DNA of 64,000 nucleotides from Simkaniaceae bacterium (GTDB lineage Bacteria; Chlamydiota; Chlamydiia; Chlamydiales; Simkaniaceae): NCBI GenBank assembly GCA_018399055.1, contig CP073762.1, positions 1,912,831 to 1,976,830 of the forward strand, read 5' to 3'. Shown piece by piece: positions 48,104 to 56,980 of this stretch (position 1 is its first letter; each line of letters starts with the position of its first letter). The notes under the pieces were generated by a model. It saw only the letters and a program-made list of their open reading frames with translations, ran no database searches and was not told where the DNA came from. The position numbers and the translations under genes were made by a program.

Positions 48104-48294
48104 GAGCCCATTTAAAACCGACATTAAGCAGTTCGGCGGAGAATTAACATCTCCTTTTAATTATCAGCGAATTATAAATATGCATTTCTGAGTCTAGAAA
48201 TGTGAGAAAAAAAATATGAGCGAGTCTCTTGCGCACAATTAGAGAATAGGCTCATATTTTAACCTCGTTTGCATCTCAACGGGTTACTTTTCCC

Positions 48295-48723
48295 TTAATC
48301 TTGCTTGCCATCTTGGCTAGACTGATTTTGACATGAGCTAGAGTTAATTCCTGAGGCCATCTGTTCAAGAGCTTCCCCTATCTTAAAACCTGCTTTCTGC
48401 TGCGGTGTTAATCCACTTGAAGACGAGGTAGAAGCCGTGGTAGCTGTCGTTGCTCCATCTGTAGCAGTTGAACTTGTCTCATCTCCTGTTGTGGTCGTTG
48501 TATCAGTGGTTGTAGAGCTACTAGGCTCACTTGACATTGAATCCACACTTGATTCACTGGTTGCGCTCGAAGCCATAAGCATGTGTTCTGAAAGACTCGA
48601 CATTATGGTTTGGGCTATGATTGCATTTTGACCCTCTTGCTGATCAGATGCTCTCTTTCCGGTCTCTTCATTAGAAAGATACGAAAGGGAGGTAGCTGAG
48701 TTACTTCCTTCAATTGCTGACAT
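48295..48723 (-). CDS. 142-aa Ser/Thr-rich acidic protein, copy 1
   Basis: Paralog of 55488..55916. Shared N-terminus MSAIEG.NS.T.LSYLSNEE.GKRASDQQEGQ, central EPSSSTTTDTTTTT tract, and C-terminus C(Q/E)NQSSQDG. AAGGAGA SD. Confidence 0.7.
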   Translation of the reverse strand: MSAIEGSNSATSLSYLSNEETGKRASDQQEGQNAIIAQTIMSSLSEHMLMASSATSESSVDSMSSEPSSSTTTDTTTTTGDETSSTATDGATTATTASTSSSSGLTPQQKAGFKIGEALEQMASGINSSSCQNQSSQDGKQD

Positions 48724-48737
48724 AAAACTCTCCTTTT

Positions 48738-48935
48738 AAAGTAAAATTGCATCTCTTAAAACAAGACTTCATTGCGTCTTAGAAGCATCTTATCGACCCT
48801 CTTCTACCCTATAGAGGCAAGTCCTTATGACAGAATCGACTGAGCATCGCTTGGCACTTATAAATCTTAAGAGAAGTAATTCAACCCTAATACTATGTGG
48901 GGGAGGTGTCCTATTGGTTTATTATATCATATCTT
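48738..48935 (-). promoter_or_regulatory. Conserved ~190-nt leader/upstream element, copy 1
   Basis: Aligns with 56351..56562 (AAAGTAAAATTGCATCTCTTAAAA...TCTTATCGACCCTCTTCTAC...CTTATGACAGAATCGA...TTGGCACTT.TAAATCTTAAGAGA.GTAATTCAACCCTAATA). Possible long-range stem at 48750..48759 with 48867..48876. Confidence 0.5.
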
Positions 48936-49097
48936 TACTTCTTGTTAACAAAAATTTTTGAAATAGATCGTAATCTTTTGTATATTAGATGGATAGCAAA
49001 CATGAAAAACACTAATCTATTAAAAACAAACAACTTATGAATAATCCGCCCTAGACGCAATAAGTCCAGGTGGCGTAGCATCGTCCCATAGAGCGAC

Positions 49098-49285
49098 TTG
49101 GAGAAGCCTTTGTTAACCTCGATATGATCATAGCAAAACGTTTAGGAAAAAAAAGGGGGGGGGTCATTGGATTTGATACCGAACATCAAGACAACGCGTT
49201 CGATGCGACAGAAACTATTGAAGAAGGATGCGTATTAGGCGACAAATCACCTGCAATCAAACAGTTAAAAGGAGAAGCCGCTTAA
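49098..49285 (+). pseudogene. Decayed duplicate of the clpX 3' end
   Basis: 49098..49216 matches clpX ~47582..47692 and 49217..49285 matches clpX 48035..48103. The ~340 bp in between is missing. An A8G9 homopolymer run breaks the frame. Confidence 0.85.
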
Positions 49286-51282
49286 GCTGCTGCTGCCCCA
49301 ACTCTCTCTGCTTTATAGGCGCTTCCTGCGCTGTAAGTTTTGACTCCGTGGCGCGCTACAGTTGCTCGATGATAGGCTAGAGCTCCTTTAAGAACATCTT
49401 TTACTACATCTGACGCTCCAGTATAACCCGCTAAATCTCCATCTGCAGAAGGTCTAAGGATGGCGCTTAATATAAGTTTCTCACCTTTAGGCTCTCTAAA
49501 AACCTCCCTACCAACAGTCTCATACTGAAGCTGACCCCGTGCATCTCTCTCAAGCTTACCCTTTGAATCTGTTCTTAAAAAGGTACTTCGATTTAAGGCC
49601 TGAGTCGCTTCTAGAACCTCTAGTCGGCGTGTGGCATGTGTATCACTCGGAGTAGTGGGTGCAGCTAGGTGATGGACAAGTGCTCCAACTTCAATCGCTT
49701 GTTGCTTATCCTGTTTTGTTGGTATGTATTTTTTGCGACGGAAAAGGCTTACATTCTCTCTTGAAACCATATCAACATAATCACGTGCGATCGTTTTCGA
49801 AAGCTCAAGACGTCGTCTATCTGTGACTTCTTTAGCTGCTGCAACATCATGTTCAGCTCCTGGTCCTAAGGTAGCCAAATGTCTATTTTCTGCAAGAGGT
49901 GCTAAAAGCTGCTCTCCTGTAGGAGTGAAAGAGCGAGCTACAAAGGTTTCACTACCACCGTCCCAACGCCTTTCTTGGAATGCATGTTCTCTAGTCAGCT
50001 CCAGCAAGGTAAAATGCATGACCGTGTCGTTTGAAGATCCGACTTCTTGCATCACTTTATTTATCTCTTTGAGCTCACCCTCAATCCTTTTGATTGAGGC
50101 GACTTGCTGTTCCGTTTCTTCCTGCATTTGAAGTTCTTGCATCTTCGCAAGTTTCTCACTGCGTTTTGCGGATAACCCACCTAAAATTGAACGTTTAAGG
50201 TGCGCTGCTTGCTCAATTTTATTGAGAGCCTCGGCTCCTTTTTGATTGACTTGATACTCACCAAAGAATCTTCCACCTCTTTTCTTTAAGAATCCAAACT
50301 CTGCCATCGTATCGCCATACTTACCATGTTTAGAACTACGCTTTACTCTATCGTCTTGGACAGAGAAGGGACGATAAAGTTCTAGGCCATTCGGATTTCC
50401 TGCATAATCATGTAAAAAACAATCTTTTGTTTTTCCAACTTCGCGCTCAGTTAGGGTTTTGATTTCTCTATTGATGGAAAGAAGCTTCGTGAAAACACTA
50501 TCTATCATCTCACCATCGACATCATCAATACCTTGATCTTCTAAAAGACGCTCGATATCAGCTTTGTCGGTAAGATCATACTTTACTGGAGGCTCTCCTG
50601 GTCTATTATAGACCTCAACAAAGTGCCAAGTTACGCTGTAGCTAATTGCTTTGTTTGGCATTCCATCGCGTCCACCTACTCCAATAGCATGTTTAATCTT
50701 TGCGAATTGAACATCCACTTTGTGTTGACGATCATCGTCAGGAACCTCTTCGCCCTCAACTTTTTTCTGCAAATCAACGGAACGGCTAAATCCTTGCCCC
50801 TGCGTGGCAGCAGTAGAAAAAACCATCTGCGCTTTACCTGCACTGAGATACCTTTCGATATGTTCCTCATCAAATTCTGCGTCTGGCTGAGGAACTCGAA
50901 CAAGGAGCATCCCATCTTCTGGCATCTCCTCCACATTATCAACTTCCTCGCCGCGAGCTTCCGCGGTCACAACTGCTGTTACTTGAGGATTGTCTACTGT
51001 CAGGACTGCTGTCGGGAGTCGGCTTCCGAGTTCTGCTGTGAGCAGAGACGCTACCCCGGTATGTCCCTCTCGCTCGCTTCCTACTTCCTCCATCCTTCGA
51101 GGCGTTGTTGGAGGGGTGGAAAGGATTTGGCTTCCAACATGTGAGATTTCTCTATCCTTCTCTAAATTAACTGGTTCAGATGACCACATTCGTTTTGCAG
51201 CTGCACCCACAATAGTGGTACCTACGCCTATAGCAAGCGGAAGAGCATAATCAGAAGCTAATGAAGCTAATGCTGATAACAT
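49282..51282 (-). CDS. 666-aa hypothetical protein with an N-terminal hydrophobic anchor
   Basis: Long ORF. N-terminus LASDYALPLAIGVGTTIVGAAA. Charged, coiled-coil-like middle. No family recognised. The stop overlaps the stop of the clpX remnant (CTTAAG). Confidence 0.7.
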   Translation of the reverse strand: MLSALASLASDYALPLAIGVGTTIVGAAAKRMWSSEPVNLEKDREISHVGSQILSTPPTTPRRMEEVGSEREGHTGVASLLTAELGSRLPTAVLTVDNPQVTAVVTAEARGEEVDNVEEMPEDGMLLVRVPQPDAEFDEEHIERYLSAGKAQMVFSTAATQGQGFSRSVDLQKKVEGEEVPDDDRQHKVDVQFAKIKHAIGVGGRDGMPNKAISYSVTWHFVEVYNRPGEPPVKYDLTDKADIERLLEDQGIDDVDGEMIDSVFTKLLSINREIKTLTEREVGKTKDCFLHDYAGNPNGLELYRPFSVQDDRVKRSSKHGKYGDTMAEFGFLKKRGGRFFGEYQVNQKGAEALNKIEQAAHLKRSILGGLSAKRSEKLAKMQELQMQEETEQQVASIKRIEGELKEINKVMQEVGSSNDTVMHFTLLELTREHAFQERRWDGGSETFVARSFTPTGEQLLAPLAENRHLATLGPGAEHDVAAAKEVTDRRRLELSKTIARDYVDMVSRENVSLFRRKKYIPTKQDKQQAIEVGALVHHLAAPTTPSDTHATRRLEVLEATQALNRSTFLRTDSKGKLERDARGQLQYETVGREVFREPKGEKLILSAILRPSADGDLAGYTGASDVVKDVLKGALAYHRATVARHGVKTYSAGSAYKAERVGAAAA

Positions 51283-51604
51283 TTTAAATACATCCCTATC
51301 ATTTCACTTAATTATAACATATTATCAATTTAATTTAAATAATATGTAAAAATTAAACTTCTATTAAACAAATGATAATTAAATACTTATGAAAAACACC
51401 CTAACATATTGATAGCAAAGCAGATGTGATTAAAACCTTAAAAATCAAATAGTTAAATGATCAAAATCAAGTTAAGCTTTCTCAGAAACCAATCCTCGCC
51501 AATGGGATAAACTACTAAATAAGCCGGATCATTTCCAAGCCTGTGCTACTAAACTGCTGATTATCATACTGAAAATTAGATAATTATGAGTTTTTTCTTA
51601 GCAT

Positions 51605-51647
51605 AAAAAAAGTCGCTGTATCCAAAAAAGGGAGGAGACACAGCGAC
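51605..51647 (-). terminator. Rho-independent terminator after unit C
   Basis: Stem GTCGCTGT / ACAGCGAC, with T7 on the minus strand. Confidence 0.6.
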
Positions 51648-51669
51648 GGGGTATAAAAAAGAGTAGGTT

Positions 51670-52458
51670 TTATCTACTGTTATTAGACTGAGCGATCTGC
51701 ACAAGTGATGCATAGATCTGATTCAGACTACTAACAGTTGAGTTAAACTGTTGGATGAACTGATCCGACATAGTCTTAGCAGAAGACTGTCCATACTCAT
51801 CCATTTTTTCTGCTGCTGCATGGTTTTTCTCAGCATTCTGGTAAACACCTTGGAAAATGCTTCCTGTTCCTGCCGAAATAAAGCCGACACCTTTAAGCGA
51901 TTCAGAAAGCTTTGATGATTCATATCTTGTGCGTGTCTTTTGATTTTTTTCTTTATTATTCGCTCTTTCAGTCTCAGTTTGGAGTTCATCGTTTTCTTCA
52001 ATCTGCTCTTCCGAAGCATGATTTCTAAAGGTCGTCATCTCAATCCCTTCTGGCTCCGTGTCAGTCGTACGATCTTGCAGGGTCGTGTTGTGATTTGTCT
52101 CAGTAAGTTCTGGTTTTTCATTTATAGGTTCTTCTACTGAATTCATTGTCATACCGGAACCAACGTCTGCTACTCCCTGCCCAATTTGTCCAATTCCACT
52201 CGCAAGTGCGCCGTTAAATGCTTCTTGACCTTGTTTTTTAAGTTCTTCTGCAGCATCTTCTGCAAAATCTAACTGTGCATCTAACTCATTATTTATCTGT
52301 TGACTGTACATTTGTAAGCTTTTACTATAGACCTCAGTTAGGTAGAGAAGCGAAGAGGCACACGCTGCTGCTGTCGAGGGGACAAACACATAGGTGCTTG
52401 TAGAACTCGAAGTCATAGCTCGCTGAGGGTTTGTTACTGTTTGTTGCATTGTACTCAT
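51670..52458 (-). CDS. D-type protein of unit C (minor-translocator-like; one central Gly-rich hydrophobic segment)
   Basis: 262 aa. Paralog of 56981..57847 and 61456..62217 (ALASGIGQIGQGVADVGSG core, GFISAGTGSIFQG, Q/S/N-rich helical ends). AAGGAGA SD. Confidence 0.7.
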   Translation of the reverse strand: MSTMQQTVTNPQRAMTSSSTSTYVFVPSTAAACASSLLYLTEVYSKSLQMYSQQINNELDAQLDFAEDAAEELKKQGQEAFNGALASGIGQIGQGVADVGSGMTMNSVEEPINEKPELTETNHNTTLQDRTTDTEPEGIEMTTFRNHASEEQIEENDELQTETERANNKEKNQKTRTRYESSKLSESLKGVGFISAGTGSIFQGVYQNAEKNHAAAEKMDEYGQSSAKTMSDQFIQQFNSTVSSLNQIYASLVQIAQSNNSR

Positions 52459-52469
52459 TTTTTTTCTCC

Positions 52470-54176
52470 TTATGCTAATGCTTCTGCAGTTGCGATTCCT
52501 GGAGCTGCAATGGCTCCAAAGCTATCAATCATCTGGCTATATTGTGAATTAATGTTCTTTAACTGATCTGAAAGGTTAGAGAGCATTTGATCACCAAAGT
52601 GAATGTTTGCCCAGGTTTGCTGCAACTTTCCTTGCAGTATCATCACAGCTTTCTGCTGAAAGCCTACATCAATAGTCTTAGCTCCATTCATGGTGTTAAA
52701 AACCCCTCCCAACATCATTGAAGCCTTTTGCACACTACTTGCGGTTGACTTGATCCCTTCAGGAAGAGCGTCAGCAACCCTTTGACTCACTGTTTTAGCA
52801 GTTTGCTCAGCCGCTTCCTCTGAAGCCTCCGTTGCAGCAGTAGATGCGGATGAACTTAATGTTCCCACACCTCCACCTATCGCAAGAAGCGCCCCTGATA
52901 CCTCAAGGCTGATTGTGAGAGCCTCCAGTGTTTTTCCTGAAGCCCCCGAGTCTTTGGCAATTTTTGGTGCCATGGAAGCAATTGTGGTTCCCATAAGCAT
53001 TGCTGCAAGAGCAGGGCCCCCAGCAACGCCTCCAGCAATTAAAACAGCCAGGTTGACCGTAACATCTGCAGTGATATTTGCCACATTATCCGGAACATGC
53101 AGAGCTTCTAATCCTTTGGCAAGTTCATCGGAAGCCGCATCAAAAAGACTCTCCTTGTTTCCATCACTACCGGTCACCTCAATTTGAGAAAGAACCAACA
53201 GCGCCGCCATTACGACTGCAGTTGATGACCCTCCTGTTGCAACAATTGCCGCTGCTGCTGCTGCATAGGCACACACCTGCAGCACTAAACTCAGAGAAGG
53301 ATTTTGCTCGATCTCAGACCAGCTACCTTTGATGCCATTTGTGTCTCCAACAAATGCATCTGCTAAAAGCTTCGTAACACTATAAAGGAGTTTGCCAGCA
53401 TCCTTTAGATCTACAACAGCATCATTATTTTTAATATCATGAATATCGCTGCTAATACCTTTCATATTTCCAGTAGCAAGGTCTTTTTCCAAATTGGCAA
53501 TGTCTTTCATCAGACTTCCAAGCCCTTTGAAAAAACCCCAGATTGAGTGACTATGTTTTTCTTTTTCAAGTTTATCAAGTTTTTTCTGAAGCTCTTTGTA
53601 TTGGTCATTTGCAGTCTTTTGAAAAGCATTATTGATCAGGATTTGGTTATTAGACTGCTCCATGTTAGATTCTACTGCAACACCATCCAATGAACAAATC
53701 GATCCCTGAAGATCAAAAACTGCTTGCATTCCTCCGGTGTTTGAAGAGGTTGTTGAAGCCTCGACATTTTCTTCTCCGCCAGTGCTTTCCAACTCTTCAT
53801 TGCTACTTGTAAGTGTCGATGTTGTTGAAACAAATTCATCCACAGTTTGATCGCTTTTTTCTTTCATTTTATCAAAAATAGCATCGCTTTTTTCTGATCG
53901 TTTTTTCGCAAGCTTTTCTAGATAGGCTTCAAGTTGATTCATCGATACCATACTAACAGTCGTTTGATCTTCCTGCTGATCGTTTTCCCCTATAACCTCT
54001 TCGAAATAGCTAGCAATCGATCTATTTTCATCTCTATTGTTTTCAAAAACATGATTCAAAACTGCGAGAGAAGCGCAACCTAAAGGCTCTCTCTGGGTGG
54101 AGTCACTTATTGGACTCCTATTCCTAAACTCACCTTCTATACGAGGCTCTTCTTGTCTAATTGTTGTGTTTGACAT
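52470..54176 (-). CDS. B-type protein of unit C (major-translocator-like; enlarged N-terminus)
   Basis: 568 aa. Shares with the other B proteins the SIWGFFKGLG motif, hydrophobic blocks (VCAYAAAAAAIVATGGSSTAVVMAALLVL; NITADVTVNLAVLIAGGVAGGPALAAML), GLEALHVPDNVANI and the C-terminus IATAEALA. Confidence 0.7.
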   Translation of the reverse strand: MSNTTIRQEEPRIEGEFRNRSPISDSTQREPLGCASLAVLNHVFENNRDENRSIASYFEEVIGENDQQEDQTTVSMVSMNQLEAYLEKLAKKRSEKSDAIFDKMKEKSDQTVDEFVSTTSTLTSSNEELESTGGEENVEASTTSSNTGGMQAVFDLQGSICSLDGVAVESNMEQSNNQILINNAFQKTANDQYKELQKKLDKLEKEKHSHSIWGFFKGLGSLMKDIANLEKDLATGNMKGISSDIHDIKNNDAVVDLKDAGKLLYSVTKLLADAFVGDTNGIKGSWSEIEQNPSLSLVLQVCAYAAAAAAIVATGGSSTAVVMAALLVLSQIEVTGSDGNKESLFDAASDELAKGLEALHVPDNVANITADVTVNLAVLIAGGVAGGPALAAMLMGTTIASMAPKIAKDSGASGKTLEALTISLEVSGALLAIGGGVGTLSSSASTAATEASEEAAEQTAKTVSQRVADALPEGIKSTASSVQKASMMLGGVFNTMNGAKTIDVGFQQKAVMILQGKLQQTWANIHFGDQMLSNLSDQLKNINSQYSQMIDSFGAIAAPGIATAEALA

Positions 54177-54203
54177 AATTTTTTCCTTTATTTCTATTGT
54201 TTA

Positions 54204-54650
54204 TTATCCAGCAAGCGGAGATGCTAATAGGTTTGACATATAGGTAAGGTCCCCATTCATTGTCGATCCAAGTTGCGAAAGTTGTGTTTGAGCATTTGCA
54301 AGATTATTGACTGCCGTATTTCCAGAATCTACCATTGAGTTAAACTCTGTCTCTAAGTTCTGAAAATAGGTCGAATCATTTGAATATTCGTTCTGGTCTG
54401 CCTGCTGATGCGATGTCTTTGTATTTGCAACTTTTGAAGCATCCGCTGCAAGGACACTATTCGCCTGACTATAAATATCATTTAACATGTCGGCGAGCAT
54501 ATTTGAAAACTCCGCCATTGTTTGTTCAGAATAAATCAAGGTTGTGCTTAGAGTAGAAATAGCCATATAGGCTTCGTAGTATGCACTACCATTAATTGAA
54601 CCCGTTGCTGGATTCGTATTACTTGATTGATCATTTGTTGTACTCATCAT
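54204..54650 (-). CDS. Short S-type protein of unit C
   Basis: 148 aa, Q/S/N-rich and helical-looking. Keeps the family C-terminus SNLLASPLAG but lacks the aromatic middle domain. AAGGAGG SD. Confidence 0.6.
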   Translation of the reverse strand: MMSTTNDQSSNTNPATGSINGSAYYEAYMAISTLSTTLIYSEQTMAEFSNMLADMLNDIYSQANSVLAADASKVANTKTSHQQADQNEYSNDSTYFQNLETEFNSMVDSGNTAVNNLANAQTQLSQLGSTMNGDLTYMSNLLASPLAG

Positions 54651-54657
54651 TTCCTCC

Positions 54658-55476
54658 TTAAGAAACCACTTGATTGTTAACCATTGATTGAAGCTCTGTT
54701 GCCCAACTCTTCATCAAAGTCTCATCTAACCCTTGCATCTGCTGATCTTCAGATTCGTAGTATTGCATCTCTGACTGAGCTGAAGATGATACCCCACTAA
54801 AGTCTGTTGAAAGCGCACTAAATCCATTCGTTATGTCCTGCATAATGTCTGCTCCAGATGAACTTGAACTACCCGATCCACCAGTATTAGCAGCTCCATC
54901 AGCCTCACCCCACATATCAACAGTATCGTCATAATTTAATGTTCCATCTGAGTTAACAGCAAAAATAGAATCGACTTGATTTGTGACATCATCTGAAATA
55001 CTTGCAAATTCGGGAAGGTCTGCAATTGCCTCCATATCCTCAGCATATCCGTAAGCATCTGAGATTAAATCTGAAGTCGCCATTCCGGTGGTACTCATAT
55101 ATGTATCAGCCATATATTCTCCGTATTCCTCTGCTTCTTCTTCAGTATAATCACCACTTTCTATTGCCGCATTATAACTAGAATCATACATCTCGCTCCA
55201 TTCTTCGTCATACTGATCGAAATCAGATTGCATACTATTTTCATCAGCTTCCATTGTGGATAAAGCATTTAGAGTTACAACCTCTTCCATCATCATTGAT
55301 TCTTGCCACATTCCCACAAGGATCAGGGTGCTTGTCATAATTGTGATCATCCCCTGAGAGGAGTCTTCTGTATCCAATTTTTCCAAACTTGCTTGGTACG
55401 CATCACACAATTCCTTCTGCTGAGCGCTCACCTCTTTGTACTGAACTTCGTACGTTGTCGCATTACTTGCTGTCAT
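54658..55476 (-). CDS. T-type acidic protein of unit C
   Basis: 272 aa, very acidic. Its C-terminus ELQSMVNNQVVS matches ESQSVNNEIPS of 60160..60846. Confidence 0.65.
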   Translation of the reverse strand: MTASNATTYEVQYKEVSAQQKELCDAYQASLEKLDTEDSSQGMITIMTSTLILVGMWQESMMMEEVVTLNALSTMEADENSMQSDFDQYDEEWSEMYDSSYNAAIESGDYTEEEAEEYGEYMADTYMSTTGMATSDLISDAYGYAEDMEAIADLPEFASISDDVTNQVDSIFAVNSDGTLNYDDTVDMWGEADGAANTGGSGSSSSSGADIMQDITNGFSALSTDFSGVSSSAQSEMQYYESEDQQMQGLDETLMKSWATELQSMVNNQVVS

Positions 55477-55487
55477 AAAATTCCTCC

Positions 55488-55916
55488 TTAAACCGTTTGA
55501 TCGCCATCTTGGCTAGACTGATTTTCACACGCAGCAGAGCTTACTCCAGTCAACATTTGCTCAAAGGACTCTCCTAGCTTAAAAGCCATCTGTTGTTGCT
55601 GTGTGGGTCCGTCTGAAGATGAGCTCGAATCTGTGCTATCTGTTGTTTCATTCGAGACAGTTGAGTTCGTTTCATCTTCTGTTGTGGTGGTTGTGTCGGT
55701 GGTCGTTGAGCTACTTGGTTCAGTCGATGTTGAATCAGCACTTGTGTCGCTAGTTGCACACAAAGTATCTGACATTTGACCTATAAAGCTCGACATCATG
55801 GTTTGAACCATGATTGCCATTTGGCCCTCTTGCTGATCAGATGCCCTCTTTCCGCTCTCTTCATTAGAAAGATACGAAAGGGCGGTATCTGAGTTGATTC
55901 CTTCAATTGCTGACAT
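55488..55916 (-). CDS. 142-aa Ser/Thr-rich acidic protein, copy 2 (first gene of unit C)
   Basis: Paralog of 48295..48723. AAGGAGA SD. Confidence 0.7.
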   Translation of the reverse strand: MSAIEGINSDTALSYLSNEESGKRASDQQEGQMAIMVQTMMSSFIGQMSDTLCATSDTSADSTSTEPSSSTTTDTTTTTEDETNSTVSNETTDSTDSSSSSDGPTQQQQMAFKLGESFEQMLTGVSSAACENQSSQDGDQTV

Positions 55917-55931
55917 AAAAACTCTCCTTTT

Positions 55932-56348
55932 GCCCTAGTTCCCCATTAAACTAGTGGAAAATGGGCACAAAAGGTCCCCACTTTGCATTAATCTAAAGGG
56001 CCTTGATAGTGATGTTTGGGAAAAATCTAGAGATAAAAAATCCCATCCTTATCTACCATCAAATATAAGCGTCTAATCATGCTGGTCGCATCTCTTAGGA
56101 TTGGCAGGTATTTAGAGCCTGGCCATTCTACCTTAGGTAGAACCTAGAGACACTCGCATCACTAAACCGCTAATATTCATAACTATGGTATTAAGTATGG
56201 GTATTATGTTGAACACTAACTGTTTACTACTTCGCGAGTAGTACGTATCTGTATTTAGTCTTGAATCCCCTTTGGTTTTTATTTTGCCCTCACCTCGCCT
56301 TGGTTATCTATGACAATTGGCGACTGAATCCGGGCACAAAAAAAGCAT
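55932..56348. other. ~417-bp insertion between the conserved leader and the start of 142-aa copy 2 (absent from copy 1)
   Basis: Copy 1 reads CTCCTTTT|AAAGTAAAATTGC with no break. In copy 2 the two halves are 417 bp apart. TTTTGCCCT recurs at 55928 and 56282, and GGGCACAAAA at 55963 and 56331. Confidence 0.7.
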
Positions 56349-56350
56349 AT

Positions 56351-56562
56351 TAAAGTAAAATTGCATCTCTTAAAAACCGGATTTAATTGCGCCTTTGAAA
56401 CGTCTTATCGACCCTCTTCTACTCCGTGGAGCAGATCTTATGACAGAATCGATATGAGCCTCGGTTGGCACTTTTAAATCTTAAGAGATGTAATTCAACC
56501 CTAATATGCTTATTATATAAATTATTATGTGGAGCTGTCCTACAGCTTGATTATATCACATC
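56351..56562 (-). promoter_or_regulatory. Conserved leader/upstream element, copy 2
   Basis: Aligns with 48738..48935. There is a perfect 10-bp long-range complement, CATCTCTTAA (56363..56372) with TTAAGAGATG (56480..56489). Confidence 0.5.
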
Positions 56563-56663
56563 AGCATTTAATGTTAATAAAATATTTAGAATTATTACAT
56601 AAATAGCTTATTGTCAATTAATTAAGAATGAATATATCTACTAAGCTTCTTTATTACAAAGAT

Positions 56664-56828
56664 TTAGGTGCTTATATAATTGGCAAACTGCTCAGCTATA
56701 ATCGAGGCTACAGAGATGTCTCCTGCATTGGCTTGATCCCACCCCCGCTCTTCCTAAGCTCCAACTACAATAAACGACCCAGTCCCTGCTGAGACGTTTC
56801 CGAGATCCTGCGCTGCATTCATACGCAT
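56664..56828 (-). pseudogene. Possible decayed fragment of a D-type gene
   Basis: Minus-strand translation MRMNAAQDLGNVSAGTGSFIVVGA*EERGWDQANAGDISVASIIAEQFANYIST. It resembles the D2 N-terminus (ASGISAGAQYMGAVPA ... QEGWANAIGQIALGASQIAAG), with an in-frame stop and an internal deletion. Confidence 0.35.
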
Positions 56829-56900
56829 ATTGGCGCTGCTTGATACATATGATTAACAAAAGTCAAACTGGATTCTTAATTAGCTAATAATCAGAAAGAT

Positions 56901-56963
56901 AAAAAAAGGCCGCCACACCACTTGTTTTTGACTTGGGAGAAAACAAGAGAACGTGTGGCGGCC
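56901..56963 (-). terminator. Rho-independent terminator after unit B
   Basis: GGCCGCCACAC...GTGTGGCGGCC with an inner CTTGTTTT/AAAACAAG stem, and T7 on the minus strand. Related to the hairpin at 61368..61429. Confidence 0.8.
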
Positions 56964-56980
56964 GGGGAAAACCGTATTAT

